The notes: generated by a model from the sequence alone, not told the origin. A stretch of DNA of 64,000 nucleotides from the human T2T-CHM13v2.0 reference genome, Homo sapiens (GCF_009914755.1 NC_060929.1), one strand, 5' to 3'. Shown: positions 21,218 to 35,084, counted from the stretch's first letter. Program-made: numbers and translations.

Positions 21218-21543
21218 TGGGTCCAGGACAAGTCACGCCAAAATATGACTTTAGGAGACCAGAATATGCCAGGCCAAAATATGTCTCTTTAACATAAGGA
21301 TTATTTTGAGCTGTTATTTTGAGAAATTGTAGACACAGTAGAGGCTCTGAAAAGTTATCCTGTGTGAGAGAAATTTACATCTATCAAAGAAATCTCCATT
21401 TGTGAGACTGTGTCCCTGTCTACACCAGGAAGAGGAGGACACTAGATCACTAGACTCTTAATCAATGGAGAAGGCATTGACTTAAATCTGCATAGCAGAA
21501 CTTACCTTTGTTTATGGTGCTTTTCCTGGTCATCTTGTCATAC
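21218..21543 (+). mobile_element. MER34-like LTR fragment
   Basis: TAGGAGACCAGAATATGCC...AAAATATGTCTCTTTAACATAAGGATTATTTTGAGCTG. Confidence 0.6.
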
Positions 21544-21726
21544 TGAAACTGCTGTTGCAAAATTATAACTGAGACAGTAAAAGAGATCTGACCTAACTAA
21601 CTCCATCTTGCTTCTAACCTCCAAGCTGTCCTTGTTTATTCGTGGGTGTAGGCCAAACTAACATCAGGAGAAACTTAGTTTATAATTTAAAACAAAGACA
21701 ATAACAGCCCTTTCCCAAAACAGACC

Positions 21727-22216
21727 TGCTGAGACCAGCTCGGTCAGGGAGACCCTAACTCAGCAGCGCTAGAGGAATTAAAGACACACACACAGAAATA
21801 TAGAGGTGTGAAGTGGGAAATCAGGGATCTCATAGCCTTCAGAGCTGACAGCCCCAAACAGAGATTTACCCACATATTTATTAACAGCAAACCAGTCATT
21901 AGCATTGTTTCTATAAATATTCGATTAACTAAAAGTATCCCTTATGGGAAAGGAAGGAATGGGCCGAATTAAAGGAATAGGTTGGGCTAGTTAACTGCAG
22001 CAGGAACATGCCCTTAAGACACAGATCGCTCATGCTATTGTTTGTGGTTTAAGAATGCCTTTAAGTGGTTTTCCGCCCTGGGTGGGCCAGGTGTTCCTTG
22101 CCCTCATTCCAGTAAACCCACAACCTTCCAGCTTGGGCATTAAGGCCATTATTAACTTGTTACAGTGCTGCAGAGATTTTGTTTATGGCCAGTTTTGGGG
22201 GGGCTTGCTCCCAACA
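21727..22216 (-). repeat. 3' LTR (MER9-type)
   Basis: Minus strand TGTTGGGAG...GTCTCAGCA; AATAAA at 21877-21882 (minus). PPT AAAGAAGGGAGA lies just inside at about 22219-22230. Confidence 0.93.
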
Positions 22217-22290
22217 TGTCTCCCTTCTTTGATTTGCAGAGAGATAAAAGCAAGGGCAGCTTTGTCACGGTAAGCTACTTCTCGCAGGAG

Positions 22291-23236
22291 TCAGGATCCG
22301 CACCTGCAGACTATACAAAGACAAACAACACAGATTAAAAGCACAGTCATCATTGAAATCACAGAGCTTCCAGGTGTTTTTATCCATTTTAATGGGTTAC
22401 TAGCTGCTAATTTGTCTGCAGCTCCTTTAAGCACTCCAGTTCCTGGCATTAACATCAGGTGTGCCAGGGATGCTTTAAATATTTGTTCTTTTAATTTTGC
22501 TATATCCAAAAACAAGTTTGTAGAGTCTCCTTCTAGAAGCTTTTTTATTCTTTCCCAAATTTTGATCTTATTAAGAGCATTTAATAGTTTCCACAAATCC
22601 TTATGTTTAGCTCCTACAGCGGACCATATCATTTGAGTTTGAGGTGCCACTATACCGCCATGTTTCCAGATAATAGGAACTTTTGCCGTACTTCTTATCA
22701 TTTCTACCATCTGACCATTTTGTTCAGATCATCTGAACACAGTGTGGCCATGGCACGCAGACTGAGAGTGCAATTCAAGCTAAATATCCCCTTAGGGGAT
22801 CAATTAATAATGATTCCATAGGAATTGTTGTGCAGCACCTCTGCTGGTTCTGAAAAGCAATCTTCCTAAACAACTACTTTCATTTTTTCTAACTGGGTCC
22901 AATCCTGTTTACAAATAGGTTTTTGAGGGCAGTATGCCTCAATTATAGGAGCAGATTTATTATGGTAAATACTGAGACCAGAAAGCATGTGTAATTCTCA
23001 TACAGTGATTGCATCCAGGCATTATTACCAGCCCTTATTGAAGGAATACTCGCAGTAGTGGTGATAACCACTATCATAGCTACCATTAAATTATTCATTG
23101 TGACTGGTTGTCCCACTTTCCTCAAGTTTTCTTCCACCATCTGTGACAGCTTCTTGATCTGCCCCCAGATGGGTGGCTGTGTTCGACAGGTGTTGCTTGT
23201 GACAGTTGGGGTCCTCCTCAGCATCAGTCTCGACAT
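22291..23236 (-). pseudogene. HML-3 env remnant (signal peptide, partial SU, TM C-terminus)
   Basis: PPIWGQIKKLSQ leader motif; LDIAKLKEQIFKAS and LLICVVCLCIVCR transmembrane segment. Confidence 0.85.
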
Positions 23237-25824
23237 GGCTGCAACCGAGGGGTCCTAGGGATCCTCCCGGAATCTCTTCCTCAGCATCTGGCTCATGATA
23301 AGGTTTCAGGTGTCTTGATGGTATCCAAATCGGCTGTTGATTTTGGCCTGGAGAAATACAAGCATAACCTCTACCCCAAGTTATTATTTTACCTATTTCC
23401 CAACTTTTTGTTATCAGATCTCTCCAACAAATCAGTTGTTCTGTTTCTGTCTTTGCAGCTGGTTTCTGTAGATGCTGTTCAGCTATTGATAACATCTGGC
23501 CTTTGGGCAGGCTCAAAAAATTTAAAGTTAATAATGCTAGGTTCAGTTGCATCTGTGCTATTCCATATTCTCTGTCTCTTCCTTTCTGCTTTTGCAACTG
23601 CTGTTTTAGGGAGAGATTTATTCTTTCCACTATGGCTTGTCCTTGAGAATTGTATGGGATACCAGTAATGTGTTTAATATTCCACATAGAGAAAAATGTA
23701 ACTAGAGCTTGGCTATTATAGCCTGGGGCATTGTCTGTTTTTATAGAAGCTGGAATGCCCATCACCGCAAAACACCGCAAAAGATGACGTTTAACACAGG
23801 CAGAAGACTCTCCTGTTTGGCCTGTAGCCCAGACAAAGTGAGAAAAGATGCCCACACATACATGTACATAAGCTAGTCTCCCAAACGAGGGAATATGTGT
23901 GACATCCATTTGCCAAATAGAGTTAGATTCCAATCCTCGAGGATTAACTCCTCCTGTGAAAGATGAGGAATGTACCATTTGGCAAGTCGGGCATAGCTAG
24001 ATAATAGCTTTAGCTTCTTTCCAGGTAATGCTGTATCTGCATTTGAGACCAGAAGCATTAACATGGGTTAAATTGTGAAAGTGTCTAGCATTAGATATTG
24101 CAGTAGCAAGTAGGCAATCAGCCATTTGATTCCCTTCAGTCAAAGGTCCTGGAAGAGGTGTATGAGCTCTAATGTGAGTGCTGTAAAAAGGGTGCATTCT
24201 ACTCCTAACTGCTGTTTGCAGTTGGGTAAATAAAGTCATCAGTTGTTCATCTGTATGAAATCGTAACTGAGCATTTTCAATTAACTGTGTGGAATGAACC
24301 ACGTATGAAGAATCGGAAATCACATTAATAGGCATATCAAAAGCAGTCAATACCTCAATTACAGCTACAAGCTCCGCTTTTTGAGCTGAAGTACAGGACG
24401 TCTGGAAAACTTTACTTTTTGAGCCAAAATAAGAAGCTTTACCATTACTAGACCCATCTGCAAAAACATTCTCAGCACCTTCAATTGGTTTAAATTTAGT
24501 TATTTTAAGGAGAATCCAATTAGTTAATTTCAGAAACTGAAACAGCTTCATTTTAGGAAAATGATTATCGAGAATACCCACAAAGTCAGCTAAATGGGTT
24601 TGCCAAGTAAGACTATTTATAAAAGCTAGTTGTATTTGTGCCTTCATGAGAGGGACAATAATTTTTCCAGGATCATATCCATGTAATTAACAATCCAAGT
24701 TCTCCCAATCCCTATCATAGTAGCGATTTGATCTAAATAAGGAGTTAGAGTCCGTGAATTAGTATGTGGAATAAAAAGCCACTCTACTAAGTCCTGTTCT
24801 TGGACAATAACACCAGTAGGTGAATGCTGAGTTGAAAAAATTAGCAAATCTAGAGTCTTCTCTGGATCTATTCTATTTATCTGAGCTTTATGGACTTGCT
24901 TCTCAATCAGTTGTAACTCTGCCTCCGCCTTCTTTGTTAATTGCCAAGGGCTAGTGAGACTAGGATTTCCTCTAAGGATAGAAAACAGATTACTCATGGC
25001 TTAGGTAGGAAAGCCTAGAGCAGGTCGTATCCAATTAATATCCCCTAGTAATTTTTGAAAGTCATTTAATGTTTTTAGTTGATTCCTACGTACAGTTACT
25101 TTCTGTGGCACAATGGTGGTGTCATTTACTAAGGTCCCCAAGTAGGAGTAAGGAGTAGTAGTCTGAATTTTATCAGGAGCTATAACTAAACCAGCACGAG
25201 AAATTGAATTTTGCAAGTGATCATAACATTGGAGTAATATTTCTCGAGTGGGGGCAGCACGTAGTATATCATCCATACAGTGAATAATGTAACAAAGTGA
25301 AAATTTTTTACGAGTGGGTTCAATTGCTTGCCCCACATACGTCTAGCAAATTGTTGGGCTGTTTAACATGCCCTGTGGCCACACTTTCCAATGATAATGC
25401 TTAGTAGGCTGCAGGTTATTTACTGCAGGAACTGTAAATGCAAACCGTTCACAGTCTGGCTCAGCTAAAGGGATAGTAAAGAAACAGTCTTTTAAATCTA
25501 TGACTATTAAAGGCCAATTTTTTGGAATTATAGCAGGAGAAGGCAATCCTGGCTGTAATGCTCCCATAGGTTGTATAACTGAATTGATGGCTCTTAAGTC
25601 AGTTAACATTCTCCATTTACCTGATTTTTTCTTAATTATGAAAACTGGAGAATTCCAAGGAGAAAATGTGGAGCTATGTGCCCATTTTCTAATTGTTTGG
25701 CAACTAATTTCTCTAAAGCCTCCAGTTTTTCTTTACTTAGTGGCCATTGTTCTATCCAAATTGGCTTATTTGTTAACCATTTTAAAAGTATAGGTTCTGG
25801 AGGCTTAACAATGGCCACCATCAA
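23091..25824 (-). pseudogene. HML-3 pol (RT, RNase H, integrase) broken by stops and frameshifts
   Basis: [26 protein letters not shown] (degenerate YMDD); FADGS/AELVAV/SDS RNase H; WQMDVTH, KTDNAPGY, AIVER integrase D,D(35)E. Confidence 0.92.
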
Positions 25825-25825
25825 A

Positions 25826-26072
25826 AGGCGGGCAGATCACCAGGTCAGGAGATTGAGACTATCCTGGCTAACACAGCAAAACCCCATCTCTACTAAAAAT
25901 ACAAAAAAATTAGCTGGGCGTGGTGGCAGGCGCCTGTAGTCCCAGCTATTCAGGAGGCTGAGGCAGGAGAATGGTGTGAACCCAGGAGGTGGAGCTTGCA
26001 GTGAGCCCAGATCACGCCACTGCACTCCAGACTGGGCGATAGAGTGAGACTCTGTCTCAAAAAAAAAAAAAA
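25826..26072 (+). mobile_element. 5'-truncated AluY inserted at the pro/pol junction
   Basis: AluY diagnostics GAGATTGAGACTATCCTGGCTAACAC and GAATGGTGTGAACCC...GGAGCTTGCAG. Confidence 0.9.
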
Positions 26073-26993
26073 TATATTTCCTAATCTTTGGTGAGAACTT
26101 TGTTTTTCCACTTGAAGCGGTTCTTTCAAACCTTGCAAATTTTTTTCTAGTCCCATACCTGGGACATACCCTATTTCCTGCATTGTACATTGACTTTGAG
26201 GACTATATAATTGTTCTGGAATTAGAACTTGTGCTCCCCATTGTTGTAATAAATCTCTTCCCCATAAATTTATAGGTACAGACGTTATAATTGGTTGAAT
26301 AGTCCCAGGTTGTCCATCGGGCCCCTCACAGTGCAAAATATAACTACCTTGATATACTTCAGTGGCTTTACCAATTCCAACTATGTTAAATTGAGTGGGT
26401 TGAATTGGCCACGTGGACAGCCAGTGCTGTAGAGAAATGATTGAAATATCCACTCCTGTATCTACCAAACCTTTAAATTTCTTTCCTTGAATAGTTATTT
26501 CACAGGTAGGACGTTTATCAGTAATTTGATTTACCCAATAAGCTGCTTTGTCTTGTTTATTTGTGCTTCCAAATCCTCATGTTCATTTAATTTCACTTTT
26601 TCCCATTCCCACATATGGCACAATCAGGAGCTGTGCTATGCACTCTCCTGGCTCTGCTTTCCAGGGAACAGAAGTAGATATAACAATTTGAATTTCCCCA
26701 ATGTAATCTGAATCAATGACTCCTGTATGTATTTGTACCCCTTTTAAATTTACACTAGACCTTCCTAAAAGTAATCCCATTATCCCTGCTGGCAAGGGTC
26801 CACAGACTCCTGTTGGGACCTTTTGCAGGGTTTCCCCAGGCAGAAGGCTGACAGCTTTTGTGCAGCATAAATCTACTGTGGCACTACCAGCTGTGGCAGG
26901 GGACAGACATTGTACAGGGGTGAGGGAATGGCCTGAGCTGGAAATGTCCCGATTTAGAATGGGGCCTGGGACGGGCTCCTCATGGCGTTTCCC
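26073..26993 (-). pseudogene. HML-3 pro (dUTPase, aspartic protease, G-patch)
   Basis: GLLLGRSS, GVIDSDYIGEI, IAQLLI (dUTPase); VDTGVD and NLWGRDLL (protease); [10 protein letters not shown] (G-patch). Slippery GGGAAAC at 26987-26993 (minus). Confidence 0.9.
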
Positions 26994-28276
26994 AAAATTG
27001 GGTTCCCTTCTTTATCAAACTTAGAGTGACACTGACTAGCCCAGTGTTTTCCTTTTTTACATTTTGGACATATTTCAGGCTCAACAGTTTTCTTTTTTCC
27101 CCTATCTGGCGGCCTGACTTGCTGATTTTTTCTACATTCCTTTTTAGTATGACCATGCTTCCCACAAGAAAGTTAAAACAAGCTCCAGGAAATGGAGTAT
27201 TTCCTTTATCCACTCTCCGTCCTGCCACTGCCTGTGCCAACAAAGTAGCTTTATGCAGATTACCTCCAATACCATCACAGGCCTTGACATAATCAACTAA
27301 ATGTGCTTTCCCTCTGATAGGTCGCAGAGCAGCCTGGCAATCGGGATGAGCATTGTCGAAAGCTAGTAACTGCAACACTATCTCCTGAGCAGCCGAATCT
27401 GCAATCATCTTTTTAAGAGACTCCTGTAACCGAGCTATAAAATCAACATATGGTTCCCTTGGTCCCTGTTTCATAGCACTAAAGGAAGGGTATTGTTCCC
27501 CACCTGAGGTGATTTTTTTTCCCAAGCTCTAATGCGCACTCCTCTAAGCTGTTCTATGGGATCATCCTGCATGGACAATTATGCATCTAAACCAGCCCAG
27601 CTGCCAACCCCCAAAAGTTGGTCTGCAGTTATATTAATTTGAGGTTGGGCCTGGGCATTGCGAGCAGCCTGAATGGAGGCTTCATCTGCCCACCAAGTTT
27701 TAAATTGTAAGAACTGAGCAGGAGTTAGACAAGCTCGAGTAAGAGTGTCCCAGTCAGTAGGAATCTTCTGACTGGAAACTGTAACATTCTTTAACAGTCC
27801 CATTACAAAGGGAGAACCTGGTCCATACTGACTTATTGCTTGTTTGAATTCTTTGAGTAATTTAAAAGGAAAAGGCTCAAATGTAGCTATAATATTTCCC
27901 TGTTGATCTGGGGGGTGTATTCTAACAGGGAACTGCCAAGCCTCTAAATCACCCTCTTGTCTAGCTTGCTGAATGCCTGCCTGAATAGAACTAAGAGCAG
28001 TCCCTCGAGGTGCTGCTCGAACAGTCACGGGGGCAACTACTTTTCGCCCAGTGTCCTCCGGAAAAGAAAGATCTGGGGGGTCATTTTCTTCAAAATAATA
28101 ATGAGGGGGTGCAGAAGGGTAGGGATGAACCTCTCCCTCCTTTGCCACTTTGGCTTTAGCTGGCAAATAAACCTGCTCTGTAACCTCTTCTGTTACTTCA
28201 CTATACTCTTGTTCCTCCTAATTATCAGTGTGAAAAAGTTCCAAGGTGAAATGAACCAGACCCCATACCTGTCCAT
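26950..28276 (-). pseudogene. HML-3 gag, disrupted
   Basis: Capsid YGPGSPF, QFKTWWADEA, MHR QGPREPYVDFIARL; NC knuckle CPKCKKGKHWASQC; ATG at 28276-28274. Confidence 0.9.
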
Positions 28277-28403
28277 TGTTACCCTGACGCTTCCGAGCTC
28301 CCCTTCTTACTCACCATGCGGATTGCTTTAAGAGTACTTGGGTGTCCTCCAGCTAGTTTTCTGTTCCAACCGTTGCTCTGGCAACCCTTCGACCTGGATT
28401 CAA

Positions 28404-28423
28404 GCCCCCACGAATGGACGCCA
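28404..28423 (-). promoter_or_regulatory. Primer-binding site (tRNA-Lys-like)
   Basis: TGGCGTCCATTCGTGGGGGC two bases after the 5' LTR end. Confidence 0.8.
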
Positions 28424-28425
28424 CT

Positions 28426-28915
28426 TGCTGAGACCAGCTCCATCAGGGAAACCCTAACCCAGTGGCGCTAGAGCAATTAAAGACACACACACAGAAATAT
28501 AGAGGTGTGAAGTGGGAAATCAGGGGTCTCACAGCCTTCAGAGCTGAGAGCCCCGAACAGAGATTTACACACATATTTATTAACAGCAAACCAGTCATTA
28601 GCATTGTTTCTACAGATATTCGATTAACTAAAACTATCCCTTGTGGGAAACGAAGGGATGGGCCGAATTAAAGGAATAGGTTGGGCTAACTAACTGCAGC
28701 AGGAACATGCCCTTAAGACACAGATCCCTCATGCTATTGTTTGTGGCTTAAGAATGCCTTTAAGTGGTTTTCCGCCCTGGGTGGGCCAGGTGTTCCTTGC
28801 CCTCATTCCGGTAAACCCACAACCTTCCAGCTTGGGCATTAGGGCCATTATGAACATGTTACAGTGCTGCAGAGATTTTGTTTATGGCCAGTTTTGTGGG
28901 GGCTTGATCCCAACA
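28426..28915 (-). repeat. 5' LTR (MER9-type)
   Basis: Ungapped copy of 21727-22216 with about 28 substitutions (hand count). Confidence 0.93.
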
Positions 28916-29138
28916 CAGACCCCTTTCTTTACTGAGAACTAGACTGCCTTTGTAAGACTAACAAATTAGCCAAAAGATATGAAATTATGGTTTAGGAATC
29001 ATGCAGCTGGAGGCTGCAAGATTCTGACCCTCTCCAAGTTGTTTCTGGGGATAACATCACTATTGTAAGGCCTAAGATCACTGCTTGAGATATTTTGCAG
29101 AGCCATATTTTGAGGCATCACCTCTGTAGGGGTGAAAG

Positions 29139-29630
29139 TATAACTGCCCAACAGGTTCATTTTGCCCACTGCCCAGATAGAGCCAATTTATCAAGACAGG
29201 GGAATTGCAATAGAGAGTTTAATTCATGCAGAGCCAGCTGATACTAGAGTTTTATTATTCAAACCAGTCTCTGCAAATTCAGAGGCCAGGGTTTTTTAAG
29301 GATAATTTGCTGGGTAGGGGCTAGGGAATGGGTGCTGCTGATTGGTTGGTGAGTGCAATCATAGGGGTGTGGAAAATGGTCCTCTTTTGGTGCACTGAGT
29401 CTGTTTCTGGGTGGAGCCATAGGACAGGTTGGTGGGTCTGAATGGAGCCATCAGTCATCAGAAAGGTAAAAACCTGAAAATATATCTCAAAAGGCCAATC
29501 TTCAGTTCAACAATAGTGATGTTATCTGCAGGAGTAATTGGGGAAGTTGCAAATCTTGTGGCTAGTTTGTTAGTCCTACAAAGGCAGTCTGGTCCCCAGG
29601 CAAGAAGGGAGTTTGTTTTTGGAAAAAGCT
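29139..29630 (-). mobile_element. Second LTR8-family LTR, opposite orientation
   Basis: Minus strand contains CCAGACTGCCTTTGTAGGACTAACAAACTAGCCACAAGA, matching 28940-28978, and ends GAACCTGTTGGGCAGTTA. Confidence 0.7.
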
Positions 29631-29635
29631 CCAAA

Positions 29636-29866
<231 letters not shown>

Positions 29867-30062
29867 TAAAAAGATTTTTTTAAAAAGGAAACTCCCCATG
29901 TTCACTTAAAATGTTTTATTTCCTGAATTTTAATTAAAACTTTTTAATGTCCTTCATATACTATATGATGGTACTGAATTTTAATCTTTTTGATTTATTT
30001 TATATGAAAGCAGAATCTCTGGGGGTGGGAGTGATACCCTGGTTAATTGTTCTCTAGGTATA

Positions 30063-30378
<316 letters not shown>

Positions 30379-30766
30379 TTCTCTAGGTATATTTTTGAGT
30401 TGGTTTGGAAAATTGTGACAATAATGCCTGGTGCATATGTAGATCTTTATGTGAAATTCGTTGACATCAGTGCTATCTATGCCATTGAAAGATCATCTGA
30501 TCCATTTCTCCACTGCTCCTCTAATGTTTATAAAAATGTTCTCTTAGTTTGGCTAATATACATATAATGAAATGGGGAAAATGTTTAAGCACAGGGAACC
30601 CATCTTTTCCTGTTATGAGAAGGAACATTTGAATTAATGTTAAAGAGAACAGAGATTTTCTCTAAAGGAGGGGTTTGTCTACAACTGCTCTGGGGAAAAT
30701 CTGTCCAAGTGTTTGCCACGCCTATGGCCTGAACTCCTGAAACATCTTTCAAAACATCCAAGACAG

Positions 30767-31058
<292 letters not shown>

Positions 31059-31462
31059 ACGTAATCTCCAAGCGAGTTATAGTGCATGCTACACAGCATC
31101 ACCTCCCAGATCTCAGGTATTTTTTCTACAATCAGGATTAAGACAGGTAGGAAATAACTTGGTCTTTCAAAAACGGCTGTGGCATGCTGGAGGCCAGGAG
31201 GGCAAATCTTGCCATTAGATACATGTTGGCTGGCGCACATAATGTTTTTAATACTACTTTTTTATACACAAACAGAATTTCTGGCTTCTTAGGAATATCA
31301 AGCTATATGACAACACAAGGTCCATATTCCTGCATAAAACCATAGGGGCAGGGGTTCAGTCCAAGTGTCCCCTTTAAATGGGGCAAGTGCTCCTCAGTTC
31401 ACCAAAGGCCCCCACCTCCCTACCACTCCCTACCCCTCCACCAGGCCCACACATTAGTTACC

Positions 31463-32202
31463 TGTCAATAAAAAGAGTTGAACTCTGTAACATATTTGAA
31501 GAGATTTATTTTGCGCCAAATATGAGTGACCATGGCCCATGACACAGCCCTCAGGAGGGCCTGAAAACATGTGTCCAAGGTGGTTGGGGCACAGCTTGGT
31601 TTTACACATTTTAGAGAGGCATGAGACATCAACCACACACATTTAAGAAATACATTGGTTTGTTCCAGAAAGGCAGGACAACTCAAAGCCGAGGCTTCCA
31701 GGCTATGGTGAATTTAAACATTTTCTGATTGACAATTGGTTGAGTTTATCTAAAGACCTGGGATTGATAGAAAGGGAATGTTCAGGTTAAGATAAAGACT
31801 GTGGAGACCAAAGTTCTTTTGAAATCTTATAGTGGCTGCCCTAAGAGATGATAGATGACAAATATTTCCTATTCAGATCTTAGTCTCTTCAGGATTGGGA
31901 GGATCTGCAATAAAAAGATCTAGCTATGTTAAGAGATTCTTTACAGATCCAAACTTTCCCCCACAAAGAACAGCTTTGCAGGACAATTTCAAAATACGGC
32001 AAAGAAACATGTTTTGGGGTAAAATATTTTGATTTTCTTCCTTGTCTCAAAATGTTATGATGCCAGAGTCAGTTTGGAAAGTAAGTCATGATATATAGAG
32101 TTAAAACCCATCTGATGTGAATTTATGATTTGTAGGTTATGACTCCCCAGACCCCTTAGGTAGGAATTTGGGCAAGATAAAAAATCAAGAGTTTAGTCCT
32201 TA
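31463..32202 (-). mobile_element. MER4-family solo LTR (MER4E-like)
   Basis: CCAAATATGAGTGACCATGGCCCATGACACAGCCCTCAGGAG; TAGGTAGGAATTTGGGCAAGATAAAAAATC...TTTAGTCCT. Confidence 0.8.
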
Positions 32203-32240
32203 TATCCAATGAGGGCATTTGAACTAATGTAATGGCTTCT

Positions 32241-32562
32241 GTTTGTTGTTTTGTTTTGTTTTGTTTTGCTTTGTTTTGTTTTGAGTCAGGGTGTTGCTCT
32301 GTTGTCCAGGAAAGTGCAGTGGCACAAACATGGCTCACTGCAGCCTTGACCTCCCAGGCTCGGGCGATCCTCCCACCTCAGCCTACTAAGTAGCTGGGAC
32401 TACAGGTGGGTGCCACTACACCTGGTGGATTTTTAAAAATTTTTTGTAGAGATGGGGTGTCATTATGATACCCAGGCTGGTCTCAAACTCCTCAGCCTCT
32501 GATTCTCTCACCTTGGTCTCCCAAAGTGCTGGGATTACAGGCATGAGCCACTGTGCCCAGGC
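32241..32562 (-). mobile_element. AluJ with a (TTTTG)n tail
   Basis: Flanked by duplicated AATGGCTTCT. Confidence 0.9.
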
Positions 32563-33418
32563 AATGGCTTCTTTAAAATGCTATTTATCTCTCCTATTTA
32601 AGTGCCCCTCTCTATATTTAAATAGTAGTCCTGCTGGTACCCACCTCATGCAACTTAGATTACTGGATTTGTATAGTTTTACCCTTTAAAAATCTATTTT
32701 GTAACTTGCTATACTCTCCTAGAATACTATGCGGATTAAGTTCTTAATGTGATAAATATTCTATTATATACATATTCATTTCTCTTCCAAGTGATTTCCT
32801 TGTCTTAGGGACCCATTAGTTACTTGCTATTCAATGGGTATCAATATATTGTGAAAATTAATCTTTAGTAAATTTTCATTTAGGTTTTGTTTGATTGTTT
32901 ATTCTTTTAGGTTTGATTGCTGATTTACTTCTCTGAATTTTAGATTCTTCTGTAGTTTCTGACCTCCAGGCAAAGGTGGATGAATGGAGTTCTGATATAT
33001 TAGTGAGATAAAGGGCTCAATAGAATTCATCCAAGAGACACAGCTGCTCCAGGGAGAGCCACCATCATTAGCAATAAGGAAAGTAAGAGTACAAGGCTCC
33101 TTTGCTAGAACAACTGGGTGCTTCTTTCTTTTTTTTTTTTCCCTCTTCTCTTCCTGACCTCCATATTCTAACTTTACAAGTGATTTTTTTTTCTTTTCCA
33201 AAGTAAAGGATGAGAACAGAAGATTCTTTCTACTTCCATATCCAGGAACTGAAACTCACTATATTTATCCCCAAACACCTCCTTCCATTCTTCTCCCAGA
33301 TTGGCTAATGTCCACATTTATATGCTTAATGTTTCCTATAGCTACTACACATTTGATCACTTCCAACATGAAACATTGGAACAACCCTGAACATCACTGC
33401 CATAAAGATAGCCACAGA

Positions 33419-34051
<633 letters not shown>

Positions 34052-34125
34052 TCAGTTTCACCCACCAGCTCCTTAAGGGATAAAGCAGGTATCTTCTTTA
34101 GATTTTGGTGCCTACTTGTTTGATG

Positions 34126-34184
34126 AAAGGAAAGAGGGAAGGAAGGAAGGGAGGGAGGGAGGGAGAGAGGGAGGGAGGGAGGGA
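34126..34184. repeat. Polypurine (GGAA)/(GGGA)n tract
   Basis: Pure purine run read directly. Confidence 0.9.
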
Positions 34185-34481
34185 TGCTGACAGACATTCT
34201 GAGAGCAGTGTCTAGATATCCCGAGGGCCGTGGCAGAGAGGGATGTGAATTACCCATGGTGATGCCCCCAAGGTGATGGCTCTTTGGCCCAGAAGATGTG
34301 TACAGGGCAAACTCTTACGCCTACAGGGACAGTGAAGGAAGGTAGTCTTAGGTATAAGGCACCAAAAAGTAGTGGGGACTGTGATGAACAGACAGAGAGG
34401 AAATGCTCTGTCTAAAGGGAACAAGCTAATAATTGCTATGCAGAAATGCTGGCCCTGTGTGGCCAGACCTTCTGATTGGAT

Positions 34482-35084
<603 letters not shown>

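Larger units (their letters stand above)
21727..28915 (-). mobile_element. HERV-K(HML-3)/HERVK9 defective provirus, LTR-gag-pro-pol-env(deleted)-LTR
   Basis: Two 490-bp direct LTRs, TSD CAGACC (21721-26, 28916-21), Lys-type PBS, PPT, and betaretroviral gag, dUTPase, protease, RT, RNase H, IN and env fragments. Confidence 0.93.
21544..29102 (+). mobile_element. LTR8 (ERV1) split by the HML-3 provirus: pieces 21544-21726 and 28916-29102
   Basis: TGAAACTGCTGTTGCAAAATTATAACTGAGACAG...CTCCATCTTGCTTCTAACCTCCAAGCTGTCC. Sequence resumes after the TSD with AGACTGCCTTTGTAAGACTAACAAATTAGCC. Confidence 0.8.

Noticed and set aside
21727-28915. Provirus as replication-competent or HML-2
   Set aside because: Multiple stops and frameshifts, CMDD in RT, an Alu insertion and a deleted env. 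The 490-bp LTRs do not fit the roughly 970-bp HML-2 LTR5.
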